A stretch of 64,000 bases of DNA from Octopus vulgaris (Eukaryota), in assembly GCA_951406725.2 (NCBI GenBank), contig OX597817.1:59334001-59398000 (forward strand), given 5' to 3'. A program made the translations under genes and the position numbers. The notes under the pieces are model-generated. The model was not told where the DNA came from, ran no database searches, and saw nothing but the letters and a program-made list of their open reading frames with translations. How positions within the stretch are numbered: position 1 is the stretch's first letter; each line of letters starts with the position of its first letter. Of this stretch, positions 26,876-41,774 are shown in pieces.

Positions 26876-29800
26876 GTAAGTAACCGATTCTGGTTCCATT
26901 CTTTTAATAGTTTATCTCTTAACAAGTATCAAGACTGTTTGAAGAGAAACACAATTAACCCTGAAGTCTACTGCAAAGCACTTGTTTCTGTCCCTCTAGT
27001 CATACTTTAGCCTCTCACCACTTGACACAAAAGCATCTCCTTCAATACTATACCCCTTACTCATTTGAGGATAGTTGCTTTGCAAATTACTTGGTGACTT
27101 TGCTGGTGCTGGTGCCACATAAAAAAACACTGAGTATACTCTGTAAAATGGTCGGTGCTAGGAAGGGCAGCCAGCCACAAAAACCATACCAAAGTAGGCA
27201 TTGGAGTTTGGTGTAGTTCTCTGGTTTGTTAATGCCAGTCAAGCCGTCCAACCCCATACCAGCATGGAAAATGGATCTTAACCCTTTTGATACCAACCCA
27301 GCTGAAACCAGCTCTGACTCTGTAGTACAAATGTCTTGTTTTCATAAGTATTGAATTAAAATCTTAGTCACCAAACCTTAGTCACAATTTATGTTCCTAA
27401 CAGTAGCTTAATGATAACAAAGTTATTTTACTAAATTCTTTGTTATATTTGAAGTAATTGAAATAAATACAAAGCATCTCAAAATAAATACAGTAACGAA
27501 AGGGTTGAGCAAGGGTAATGATGAAACAAGATGGTGCCAGGCACAACTCAGTTATTCATTTACAATGTGGCACCAGTGCACAGCCAGGCATTAACTGCAA
27601 CGGCACTAATACAGTGTGTGTTAGGAATCAATAACAAAACATACAGAGACAGGCAGACAGGCAAATAGACTCACAGACAGACAGATGTACTCACATACTT
27701 ACAAGTACTCGTATTCATGTATGCATGAGTACACTGGGGTTGCATAAAAGCCTTGAAATGCTGGGGTTTCACATGAAAGAACAAAGCAAAGTGACCCACA
27801 AAATCCAGTTGGTTAATTGGTACAGTGAAGATTTCTAATACATTCCACAGACATTGCATTCATGTCTTCTGGATATTTCCTCACACTCGTGTCTGTATCC
27901 GACACATGCATATAATGTGTAATGAAGCATATAGATTCATCATCATCATCATCATCATCATCGTTTAACGTTCGTTTTCCGTGCTAGCACGGGTTGGACG
28001 GTTCACCAGGCTCCAGTCTGATCTGGTAGTATTTCTACAGCTGGATGCCCTTCCTAACGCCAACCACTCCGTGAGTGTAGTGGATGCTTTTTACGTGCCA
28101 CCAGCACAGGTGCCAGGGGAGGCTGGCAACGGCCACGATCGGTTGGTGCTTTTGGGCTAAAATAAACACATGCACTCAAGTTTATCCACATACACTTCTA
28201 CACTTCCAACATAAGTTCACACACACTAACTTAAACATTTGCAAATCCTAGGAACTGTTTTGACTGAAACAAAAGAGTCTAGTCTCTTTATTAGTGCCCT
28301 GCTTAAATTCTGCCAAGAACTAACATAAATCTGAAAGAAAAGCAAACGTCCATACACAAGCAGTAGACTTGTGTCTGGTATAAATTCTTTATTGATATCC
28401 TTCATGGAATAATTTCTATCTATTCTATTTGGTGTTATTGTTTGCAAATATTTCTGTTCGACTGAATTTGAATAACTAGAGGGTTTGGCTGTGTGGTTAA
28501 GAAATTTGCTTGCCAGCCACCTGGTTTCAGGTTCATTCTCGCTGCATGGCACCTTGGCCAGGTGAGGGCCTTCTGCACTTGCCTCAGATTGACCGAAGCT
28601 TTCTGAGCGGGTTTCATCGACAGAAATCAAAAGAAGCTCATCGTGTGTGTGTGTGTACCCTTGTCTTGACATCATCTGGTGTTTGTAAATGTCATACAAG
28701 TGATTCGTTTCTAGTCTTCCATGAAAAACCTGTCTGGCCATGATAGAATATATTACATCATTTGGAAACAGGGTTAGGGTTGGTAACAGGAAAGGCATTC
28801 CATCTGATCCATGCAAGCATGGAAAAAAATAAATGCGCATTTTTAAAGCCTAGCCAGCCTCGTGGGCCTGGTTTCCCGGTTTCTATGACGTATGTGTTCC
28901 CCAGCTGGATGGGACGCCTGTCCATCGCAGCGTTACTAATTTTTGCCAGCTGAGTGGACTGGAGCAACGTGAACTGAAGTGTTTTGCTCAAGAACCCAAC
29001 GCATCACCCAGTCCAGGAATTGAAACCACAGGAGGCTGTTAAATGATGATGATGATGATGGTGGTCATGGTGGTAGAGGGGGAGGAGAAGGATTGGCAGA
29101 AGTGGTAGTGCAACATAAATTGCTTTGCATTCCTTTATGTTCTGCAACCAACTTTACTCTTTACCATTTGCAAAGTGTACCGGTCATGCATTGAGATCAA
29201 TATCATTTGTAGATTTGTGCCTGTGTTAGAAGTTAATATTACAGAATTAATTGGGTGAAATTGTTGTGACTGTATGTATGTATCCATGGAAACACATCTT
29301 AAAAATTTCTTCCTTATTTATTTATTTATTTATTTTTTTATTTTTGTTAAGGTTTACGCCAAAGTTTTTCTGGTAGTGAAACAAGTACAGATGTGTCACT
29401 TTCGTCGACAGAAAACTTAAGTACCTCTCAGAGACAAGAACCACAAGGAGAGGAAACACACACACAAGAAATGTATTATGATCTTAAAACAGCTCCAAGA
29501 TATTCTATGTTAGCTCAGCTTGGAATGCAAATACCAGTGGACATAAAAGATCTGAATAACCAACCCATTTTCGCCCCAACAACCCAGCAAAATATACCCA
29601 GTGTTTATACGACACCCACAGCTCAATATTATTCCGCATCACTAACACCAACCGTTTCTTCTGGTGAATGGCAAAACAGTCAAATGGTAACGTGTACAGT
29701 GGCCGATTCTCAGGTGATTCCGATGAACGCCACAGTAACGGTACCGACCACTGTTGCATACACAACACAATGCTGGTCTCAACACCACATGGACCCACAA

Positions 29801-30311
29801 GTATTACAATATCTTAGCAATTTACCGCCGCCGCCAGAGTATCCCAGAGCAAAATCTGAGAGTGATACCGTAAAGAATGATTTACGCCGTTCCTATGAAA
29901 TGCTGGAGAAGGTTGAGCGCACAAGATCTCAGCCAGATCTTACAAGGTTTGAATCTCAATTTCGCCAAGCCAATTCGAATGTTTCGCACTTCTATGTTGG
30001 AGAGAAAAGTCCTTTAACCAAAGAAAATACAAACTCGTGAGTATCTTTGTTATTGTTGTTATTGTAAGGTTGTTACTCCCTATTTTTTTCTTTTTTCTTT
30101 TATTTGTTTCTGTCTTTGAACTGTGGCTATGCTGGAGCACCACTTTGAATGATTTGGTCAAAGAAGTTGACCCTTGATACTTGTTTATATGTTTATTAGT
30201 TATTTTATTGATCAATTTTGCCAAACTGCTAAGTTGTAGGTCATAAATAAATCAACACCAGTTATCAAACGGTGGTGAAGGGACACACAGACACATACAC
30301 ACACACACATT

Positions 30312-30343
<32 letters not shown>

Positions 30344-33300
30344 CAAAAATTCTATAATTATGAGTATAATTATAATTAGGGTTCAGCAAAATTTGCTTCA
30401 CCACATACTATTTCAAATATAGTGAAAGAGTAGTTTTTAACTGCTATTTCTATATTTCGGTATGTGGTGAAGCAAATTTTGCTGAACCCTAATTATAATT
30501 ATACTCATAATTATAGAATTTTTGTATAAGTTTACCGATAATGGTTCTTTTAACATACTGAACTACTTGGTAAAATTATTAATTAATTAATTTTACCCTT
30601 TATTATTATTGATTTTATATATATATATATATATATATATAATTGATGAGCTCCACACAGTTTCTGTCTACGAATTTCACTCAGCTTGGCACTGTAGTTA
30701 GAGGACACTTACACAACGTGCCATGCCATGCGCGCGCGTGTGTGTGTGTGTTAGATTTGATCAGACTAACTGAAGGGAAGTTACTCTGCCAACATCCGCA
30801 TTTGACCCTTTAACTATTCCAATATGAACCCCATCAAATGTGGCGCTTTGGAAAAGAACTGTTAAGATGCCAGGCAAAATGCTTAACTGCATTTCGTCTG
30901 TCTTCAGGTTCTAAGTTCAAATTCTGATGAGGTCAGTTTTGCCTTTCATCCTTTCGGGGAACAATAAAATAAGTACCAGCTGGACCCTGGGACCCTGGAT
31001 TCGATGCAATCAGCCTTAACCCCCTAACCCCAAAACTGTTGACCTTGCACCAAAATTTAAATAAACCAGCAATTTTAAGGGGGTGAGGTTAATCAATGAA
31101 ATCGACCCTGTCGGAATTTGAGCTCAGAACGTGAAGACAGATGAAAAGTCAATGAAGCATTTCGTTCGTGGCAAAATCGTTAACATACTGGATGAAATGC
31201 TTCAGTGACATTTCATCTGTCTTCATGTTCTGAGCTCAAATTCCGACAGGGTCGATTTCATTAACCAACCTCCTCTGCTTCTTTAAATTGCTGGTCTATT
31301 GTTAGAAACAGCTGTAATCCACCTGACAATAGAGGTACAGTTTGAGGAAGATTTCACTGCTATTTTTTGCAGGACAAGAAACCATGTAGTGGGTACCCCT
31401 TATGTTTTTCAGTCTTCAACTACCTTGGACTATACTATGCAATGTAACCTTTTCCTACCATATTTCAGCTTTTGAACAGCTGATATTTTCTTCCCCTTTT
31501 CAAATACTACCCCTACTTGGTCATGCTTTTGTGGGACAACAGGCTTCTGTTCTTTCCCTGTCTTGTAAGTCACTTGACAACCTCACTAATGGGGGTGGCA
31601 TGAAAAAACCCAGTACCTTTCTTAACACCAACCAAGGTTGGTGTTAAGAAGGGCCTCCAGCTGTAGAAAATATGCAAAAGCTGACGCTGCGACTCAGCTT
31701 AGCTTGATGGTTTGCCAGACCTTATCAAACCGTCCAACCCATGCCAGCATGGAAAGCAGGTGTTAAATAATAATGATGATGATAACTGGTGTTTCTCCCT
31801 AAATTTATGTCTTACATATTTTCTATTTGGGTTTTCAGCGTTTTAGAAAGCCACAAAGAGGAGATAACTCTGCAGTCAGACCAGCACCCAGCGTTATTAT
31901 TGGCTCGTACCAAACATATTGTTGAAATTCTTAACAATGAGAACCGATTCCTTAAAGAGAAACTGAAGACTATGAGTGAGGATCTCAATCGAAGTAAAAA
32001 ACGAGTTGTGACATTACAAAAGGTGTGTATATATTGTATATATTATATATTGTGTATATTATATATTATATATTGTGTATATATGTGTTTGTGTATATGA
32101 ATATATGTCTGCAATTAGATATGTGTCTAAATATCTGGTGTATGTATCTGTGAATGTGTGTGTGTGCCTCTTTAGATATTCAGTGTGTGTGAACCTGTGT
32201 ATGTGACTATTTATATGATGCGTGTGTGTGTGTGTGTGTGTCTCTAATCCTCTAATGTGTATGCAAGGGACCACGTAGTGTGCTGACGGTGGTAATGATG
32301 ATGATGTTGATGCTAGGAGTAGCCCTGTTTACAGTGTCTGGTTGTTTCAAAGAATCTTATAACCACAGAACTTTTGATCTAATGAAGGAATCTCAGCATG
32401 GTCAGTCACACAACCTATCTGAAACAGTAGTCAAATCTTCCTCACACCACTGGATAATGTGGTCTTACATTTACAAGAACCAACATGATGGTCACAGCTG
32501 GAATGCCTTTGATCATGAATCAACTTGATTAGGCCTGACCTGGGAATAAACACCAATACTAACCTTATAGAGGTATATTCTTGTTGTTGTTGTTAGTCAA
32601 CCTGGAATGAGTTCACCTTTGAGCAAAGATGTACCTGCTGTGATCTTCATGATTTATTTTGGGCATTGAGGGAGATTTGGATACCACCTTTAGCATGTTA
32701 ATCAACCGTATTGAGTCTCGTTCTTTAGCCTTGTTTTTGAAATGTTTAGTGATTATGAAATGAAACAATTTTACTGTTGAGGGGTTTTTCCATGACTTTT
32801 AAATGAATCTTCCTTTTCCTGGTTTAGTGTGAAGATGAGATCTCTAAAGTCACAGAAGAATACCAAACCCTGGAACAGAAATCCCGCAAAATTCAACAAT
32901 GGGAAGCAGCTTACAGACGGAAATTGGAAGAAGAAAACAAAAAAATAGGGTCAGAGAACAAATATTACAAAGGTAAAAACAAAACCCCACCTTTTTTATT
33001 TCACCTTCTCAGTTCCTTAAATATAAATCACATTTTCTACTAATCCAATGGAACCCAGTTTACAAATACCTCTCATCACAAACAAATCATTTGTCTCCGG
33101 TGACAAACACTCAAGCCAACAGCCATGGTGTGTCAGTGGGAGGAGAGCATCAGTTGCTGTTTAGCTTTTTGTTCAGTGCACATCCCTGCTCAAGTTCATA
33201 GCCACCCTCTCTTGAATTTCCTGTGGGGAAAATAGTTCCTTCAGGAACAAATTAAATTCCTAAACCAAATATTTCTGGCCATGTGGTTTAGAAGCTTGCT

Positions 33301-34361
33301 TCCTGGCCATATGGTACTGAGTTTTGTCCCACTGCACAACAACTTGGGCAAATGTCCATATTGTTACTCTCATCATTAAATCTTCTTAATTCGATCCTTA
33401 TTTCCTAACTCATTTAACCCTTTCGTTACCAACCTCTGGCTGAAACCAGCTCTGTACTCTGAGTACAAATGTCTTGTTTCCATAAGTTTTGAATTAAAAT
33501 CTTCCACCAAACCTTAGTCACAATTTATGTTCCTAACACTAGCTGAATGATAACCAAGTTATTTTACTAAATTCTTTGTTATATTTAAAGTAAATGAAAG
33601 AAACACAGAGCATCTCAACAGAAATACAGTAACGAAAGGGTTAAATGTTACCTTGATATCCTCAATTATCTGTGAGATATCCCCAAATATCAGAACTTCT
33701 TTTTAAAAATCTTTTAACCAACAATATTTCTGTTTTTTTCTTTCAGAACAATTACAAGGTATTGGAAATGCTGCCAACCAAGAGGTGAGTCATCGATGTA
33801 TTTATTTATATTTATTCATATTTATTTATATTTATTTGTGGAGTTGTTGTGTTTAAGCACCTTCAAGTTAGCTTGATTGAAGTGTCCTTGAATCAAAGGC
33901 ATTCCAACTGTGACACACACCCACAATTGGACGTTTAACTTATATAGTAAGGCAGAAGTATAACTCCACCTCCAGTGTTTTCCAGGAGAGGTTAAGCATT
34001 TAATTTCATAACCATTCCACAGAACTGTTAAGAAATAGACTCCAGAATTAGTCTTTGGGTTTTAGGGGCCGTTCTGGTAAGAGAAAGTCTATCATTAGAC
34101 CTGAAAGCTGGTCTGATATTAGACAGATTAAGTCTATCCCCAAAGAATAGGAAAGGCCCTATCAATAGATTCTGTATATATATTGTGTGTGTATTAACGA
34201 AATGCATATTAATAAAATGGCCTTCATTTGATTGCAGATGAGCGAGACAGACATAAGAACAGAACTTCGGAAGAAGGAAGCCATTATTGCAAACCTGATG
34301 TCAGTCAGTACGTATTGTTCACCTTCAGTTTTCTTTCCAAATCTGTGACATGAAACACTAT

Positions 34362-34437
<76 letters not shown>

Positions 34438-36390
34438 CCACCATCATCATCACCATCATCATCACCATCATCATCATCATCACCACCACCACTACAATAA
34501 TAATAAATAATAATAATTATAATAATTTTTTATGTTTTCACTTCTAGTGAGGTGGACAAGATCATCCCACCTCACCATTTCACCCCCATCACACTGTTTC
34601 ATCTCTGGAAAGCAAAACTACAGAGAAAATTCCTAATCTCTCTTGTGTGTGTATGAGGTGGGGGGTTAGTTTAGTTCCTGTTGTTACTTTCATACTTTCA
34701 TAGTCTCAGGTGTGGAAGTGCATGAATGAGTGGTTAGGCTGTTGAACTCCTGGTCGTAAGGTCGTGATTCCTGGACCTGGGCCAGGTGGTGCATTGTATT
34801 CTTGAGCAAGACACTTCATTTCACGTTGCTCCAGTCCATTCAGCTGGCAAGAATGCGTTATCCTGTGATGGACCGGTGTTTCATTGAATGGATGGAATAG
34901 AAATGCAACAGAAACTGGGAAACCAGTCTCATGAGTCTTGGGAAGAAGCTTTCCCTTTTTTTTTTCTTCCTTTTTTTCTGGGTTTTTTTTTACATAGTCT
35001 CAGGAATTTGGATTTAGAAGTCTTCAGCAGACTTTTATTGGAATTGTTAAATGTTTTCCTTTCCTTTTTCAAAAACTGCTGCTCTGCCATATTCTCACAT
35101 TCCATGCCATTCATTCCATTCTTTTTATTGTTTCAAAGACCTGTTGTGATTCTAAAGGAAAACCGTTATCCGTTCCTTATTCTTCTCTTTCCACAGACAA
35201 AGAGCTGCAAAGTTCCAAAGAGTTGTTACAAGAAGATGTCGTAAAATCTCATCAGATGATTGAACAACAACGATCAGAGATTGAAATCTTGGACAATGCT
35301 TTGACAAATGCACAGAGTAACGTGGTCCGTTTAGAGGAAGAGGTAATCATCTCTCATTCCTACCAATCCCATTTTAGAACACTTCTGTTAAAAGTACCAT
35401 TTTTAATGCAGGAAACAAATATTTCGCTCGAAAATAAAAATGCTGTGAAACCAACAGACAAGATACAGAGGTAGACAGATAGGTTTATTACTAGCATATC
35501 ATCATCATCATCATCACTTAACATCCGCTTTCCATGCTAGCATGGGTTGGACGATTTTGACTGAGGGCTGGCGAACCAGATGGCTGCACCAGGCTCCAAT
35601 CTTGATCTGGTAGAGTTTCTACAGCTGGGTGCCCTTCCTAACGCCAGCCACTCCGAGAGTGTAGTGGGTGTTTTTTACGTGCCACCGGCACAAGTGAGTG
35701 CCTTTTACGTTCCACCAGCACGGAAGCCAGTTAGCTGCTCTGGCAACGATCACGCTCGGATGGTGCCCATAATTTATGCCAAAAGCATGAAAAGGCTAAA
35801 CAAAAGTGATTATGTGGTCAGACAGATAGAGAGGAAGATAGCTAGCTACAAAGGTAGAGAGATAAATAGACAGGTGGGTAGATATATATAGACAGACAGA
35901 CAGACATAGGTATTTAACATAGAAAGCCTCAGAGACTATAAAAGGAGTGGGGGTTGGCGTAAATTATTGACATCTTATATAAAGGGAGATAAGTTGGAGA
36001 AACCACACTGCGGTATGTTCAAGTGCTGATTAGTTAATAAGTCTTAAAACACCTTAATGATTAATTAAATTACTTTTTGTAAATACACAAGGTATTGAAA
36101 AAAAAAATAATAATTTGTCGATGATGTTTTTATGCTTTAAATGACTTCATGGTTTAATTGTGAATATTCTTTTCTTTTTCCATTTTAGTGTAAAAAGAAG
36201 CAGCTTTACATGGATCGCCTGGACCAGTTACAGAAGGCATTTGTTTCACTACAGATGGCCACAGAAAAACGAGAACAGATGGAACAACAGCTGAGGAACA
36301 AACTCGAAAAAGAATTAGGGCAGCTTCGAATTTTTGAAAAGGTATTATTACATCGACCAGATATTTGTAAATGTGTGTGTGTTTATTTAT

Positions 36391-36427
<37 letters not shown>

Positions 36428-36771
36428 GGCACTCAACGGAACAGTTTGCTCATGAAATTAATGTGCAAGTGGCTGAGCACTCCACAGACACGTGTACCCT
36501 TAATGTAGTTCTCGGGGAGATTTAGTGTGACACAGAGTGTGACAAGGCTGGCCCTTTCGAAATACAGGTACAACAGAAACAGGAAGAAAGAGTGAGAGAA
36601 TGTTGTGGTGAAAGAGCATGGCAGGGTTCACCACCACTCCCTGCCAGAGCCTCATGGAGTTTTAGGTGTTTTCACTCAATAAACACTCACAACGCCCGGT
36701 TTGGAAATCGAAACTGCAATCCTACAGCTGTGAGTCCGCTGCCCTAACCACTGGGCTATTGCACCTCCACT

Positions 36772-36802
<31 letters not shown>

Positions 36803-36866
36803 GCTGTATATAATGTGTGTATATATATATATGTATATAATGTGTGTATATATATATATGTATATA

Positions 36867-36899
<33 letters not shown>

Positions 36900-39800
36900 A
36901 TGTATATATAAATGAGTGCATGTGTATTGCATATAAACCATAGTTGTTGATTCCTCCACATTGGTCCTGATCAAGCATATCTATAGTCAATGACGTTCCA
37001 TCAGTGACCACCTCATCTTCTATATCAAGAACCACATTGTCCATCATTTTTTTAAGACATTAGATTGCAATTCAGAATAGATTTTGCTGCTATTTTTAGC
37101 AGTTCAAGCAACCACACAACAGTTTCATCATTGGCTGCTGTTTCTAGCAGGCTTAGCCACCATATAGTAGTTCCCTCGTTCCCGCGTATATAAGGATAAA
37201 AGTGTATCTGTATTTGATGTTGATGTCTTATGAACTATACAAAGTATTTGTGTTAATTATTAAATGTAAATGTTATTTAATGCAATGTTTCTGTGTTTAA
37301 TTAACAGGTCAATAACGAAACTGGTTCTCCCAAAACTAATAATGAGCAAGATACCCAATCAAGTGGGAATATTGAAGACCTGAAGAAGTTACTCCAAGAA
37401 AAAGATACTCGGATGTTACAACTGGAGGCAGAAGTAGCCAAAGTGAGTTGCCGCATCCCACCAGATTAACTTGAATATTTCTTACAAACATGTCTTACAT
37501 TTTAGCTGGCTTAATTTACCATCATCATCATCATCATCATCATTAACAACAACAATCTCTAATCTCTATAACAGTTAAAGGAAGAAGGCTGTGTTGGGCA
37601 GGCATGGCTGTGTTGTTAGGAAATTTGTTTCACAACCGTGTGATCTCAGGTTCACTCCCTCTTCATGTCACTATGGGCAAGTGTTTTCTACTATAGCCCT
37701 GAGCCAACTTAATCCGTGTGAGTGGATTTGGCTGATGGAAACTGAAAGATGTCTGATGTATGTGTATGTATACACAAACACACACATTTACATTTATCGT
37801 TTTATTGTCCACTTTTCATGCTTGCATGGGTCAGATGGATTTTTCTATGGCTGGATGCCTTTCTTGTTGCCAACCTTTGTATGGCCAACAAGGCACCGCT
37901 TGCATTACAGTGACACTTGTTTACAACTCACATGAAGTGAAAGTAAGAACACATGCACACACATACTCTGACATGCTTGAACAATTGTGAAGATCTGTTC
38001 ACATGAAACCATTGGTTGCCTTGTTAACCCACAAATGAAGAATATATATATATGTATGTATGTATTTACCTTATCCAGTATGTATCTTATTTCTCTTGTG
38101 ATATCATTTCAGTGGGAACAGAGATGTTTAACAGAATCAACAAAGAACCAGCTTGCTTCCAAATCCAGGTAATCTTCTGGCTTTTAATAAACTCTACATC
38201 TTTGAATAATTCTCTTCTTTTGAAAGCATGCATTCTTCAGTTCAATCCTACACAGGCTTTTGGGGTGATCAATAGCCTGTTACATTACCCCACCAGACAC
38301 AAAGCCACCCACCTCAATACTGTTCCTTTTCTCAGTTGAGGGATCTTTGTCTTCCAAGTTATTTGGTGACCCTGCTAGTGCTGGTGCCACATACAAAACC
38401 CCCAGTCCACTCTGTAAAGTGGTTGACATCTGGAAGGGCATCCAGCCATGAAAACCCATACCAAAGCAGACAGAGAGAGAGAGGTGTATTGATATGTATG
38501 TTTATGCATGTGTGTTTGTGTTTGTCCCCCTCCTCTCACTGTTGAGCGACCAGTGTTGGTTTGTTTTTTCATCCCTGTCACTTAGCAGTTCAGCAAAAAA
38601 GACTGACAGAATGAGTACTGGAGTGGTTTGTTCAACTAAACCCTTTGAGTCACAGCAGTGTCTCCAGCATGGCCAGAGTCCTAACACTGAAACAGACAGA
38701 AGATAAAAAGGAATCGAGATTTTATCAAGTAATATTCGAAGCTACTTTGACATGTTTGTCCATTAGAATGGACTCTACTGCGATTGTTTAACCCCAAGAG
38801 GACATCTCTAGCTGGTCAACTGGTTATGCGAATGAAGAACAAATAAAACAGCTACATCCGATAAAATTGCGAGCAGGGGGAGCGAACCCCTAGTGATTAT
38901 TTCCTTGCTGTAACAAGACTAAATTTATGACCCTTTTCAAATCGAAAACCAATCCTGAAGAATTCTGCCAACTTGTATTTATTTGTATTATTTTTTTTTC
39001 TCTCTAAATCACAGCGATGGACACCAACAGTTAGAGAAATATCCTAAAGGTGTTTCACTTGAAACTGAGAAATTACTCGCAGAGTCCAAATCTGAGAAAC
39101 TGCGACATATGGAAGAGGCTTATCAAGCAAAGAAGAAAAGCACAGAGTTAGAAGCAAAGTGAGTTGGTCTCTCTTTTTTTTATTTTGTTTTGTTTTTTAT
39201 CCAAATTATTGATTGGCCTCTCATAAATCCATAATCCTTGATTACAAATTGTGATCATCATCATCATCATCATCATTGTTTAACTTCCGCTTTCCATGCT
39301 GGCATGGGTTGGACGGTTCGACCGGGGTCTGGGAAGCCAGGAGGCTGCACCAGGCCCAGTCTGATCTGGCAGTGTTTCTACAGCTGGATGCCCTTCCTAA
39401 CGCCAACCACTCCATGAGTGTAGTGGGTGCTTTTTACGTGCCGCCAGCACAGGTGCCAGGCGAGGCTGGCAACGGCCACGATCGGTTGGTGCTTTTACGT
39501 GCCACTGGCACTGGTATCACAACTACAATTTCCATTGATTTTTGATCGATTTCGATTTCACTTGCCTCAACAGGTCTTCGCAAAAAGTTTTTAAAAAATA
39601 AGTCTTATTATAATTTGTTTTGTTTTTTTGTTGATAACATGTCACTTGTGTTTTGTCTGTTTTAGAGTGAAAGAACTACAAACGAGTTTGGTTGAGAAAG
39701 AAGCGATGGTGAAGGCCTTGCAACGATCGTCCCTTGGTCGTAGCAGTGGGGTACGCACCCTGCACTGTACACCTCTCTGCTCTAATCTCATCACAGCCAC

Positions 39801-40074
39801 AAGTTCCTTGACCAGGCAGTCTCGGTGCAGTCACGTTGAAGATTCAACTTTCAGAGATTATGGTCTGGCAAAACACACCAAATCAGGTGAGTGGAATCGC
39901 TCTCTTCTCTCCAGCCATTTATTTTGGATCTTTTTGTCTTTTACTTGTTTCACTCATTAAACTGTGGCCATGCTGGGGCACTGCCTTGAAGGGTCAACAC
40001 CCACAGTACTTATTTTTAAGTCTTGTACTTACTCTACCGATCTCTTTTGCCGAACCACTAAGTTACATAAACTA

Positions 40075-40122
<48 letters not shown>

Positions 40123-40637
40123 GGGCTTCTACATAGTTTCCTTCAACCAGATTCTCTCGCAAATCATCAGTCAGCCTGGGATTATTGTAAAAAACACTGT
40201 GGGAGCTGGGGATCAGCCCCACACCGTTGCAAAGCAAGCCATCTCTGCACCTGTATAGAATAATAGAAAAGAATAAAGCTTTATTACATTGTGTGTTTTC
40301 TTTTCTTTTTTTTTTTTGTTGGCGGGGGTTAAGTGGGTGTAGAAAAATTATGCTGACAAATACCATGTATTGTATGCACCCTTAATTTTGGTCTTATATA
40401 TATATATATATATATATATGGAAAAAAAAGTCGAGATAGAAAATGCTAAAATAATTTTATAAAAAACATTTCAGTACCAGTTTCAGCCATTAAGACTTTT
40501 TCAACTGTAACAATTAAATAATTGAATTTAGAAAAATTAAACGAAAGTTGCTTTTTTTTAATATTTGCATAGTGTTCAAATACAAGTGGCATTTTCCTTG
40601 CTTCTGCCTGTCTCTGTCTCTCTTGTTTACTGTTGTG

Positions 40638-40669
<32 letters not shown>

Positions 40670-41697
40670 CATTCCCTTTTAAACCTAATCTTAATTCTAA
40701 TCCAGATTATCTGTTCCTAATCACTGTATTAACAAATCCTCTTTGTGTTTCCCTATTTCAGGCAGTGCTAATGATGTCGATCTAAGTAATTCCTATGAAC
40801 TTGACACGTCTTGTACAGACAAGCACAATTCCTCATCAGAGGTAAATTTCTTTCCAGCGCTTCATTCTTAGAATATTTGTTCTCTCTCTCACTCACACAC
40901 ACACACACATACAAGAACTTGCATTCTCACATGCCCACACACACACTTTCTCTCTATCTATCTCACATACCTTTTCACTCGCATACTGAACCTGTGAACA
41001 AGGAAACAAACAGACACGCTTGAAGCAGACCTGGAATAGAGAGGACATGTCGTTGATGAGGTTGCCAGTGGCAACATAAGAACCTTGACAAAGATAGCTG
41101 ATTGATTGATTGACCAAGCTATTTATTAATCAAATAAAGAAGTGAAATAGAATCAGTGGGGTTTTTTTTTGGGTTTTTTTTTTATTCCTTCTCAAGCCAT
41201 ACCTGGCTCATAAGGGCCGGTTTTCCGGTTTCCTTGGCATATAGGTTCCCCATCTGGATGGGATGCCGGTCCATTGCAGGTGAGCTGCAAGATGCAGGAG
41301 GAAAGAGTAAGAGAAAGTTGTGGTGAAAGTGTCAGCAGAAGTTCGCCATTACTTTCTGCCGGAGCCGAGTGGAGCTTAGGTATTTCGCTCATTAACACAC
41401 ACATCACCCGGTCTGAGATTCTAACCCGCTCCTCTCACCACTAGGCCATGTGCCTCCACGTTTTGTTTTTTTTTAGTATTAGCATAATGACCTTCCCTAG
41501 ATAAATTTCAACACATGATTTCACATTAAGAATCTTGCAAACCAAATACAAAAGCAGAATAATAATCTCAAAACAAAAATGCCATAAAAGTAGAAAAGGA
41601 AACTTGAGGGAAATTCGGTTGTTACTTTTAGCAAATGCCCCTCTAGGAGAGCAAGTGCATAGTAAAGTACCAACGTCATAGCACTAATGACAGTATA

Positions 41698-41774
<77 letters not shown>

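Noticed and set aside
28226-28840. 204-aa minus-strand ORF
   Set aside because: It runs through SINE fragments and has no protein family signal.
34238-34240. Exon-initial ATG as the start of a p80-like short AMOT isoform
   Set aside because: No promoter evidence, and it would truncate the coiled coil.
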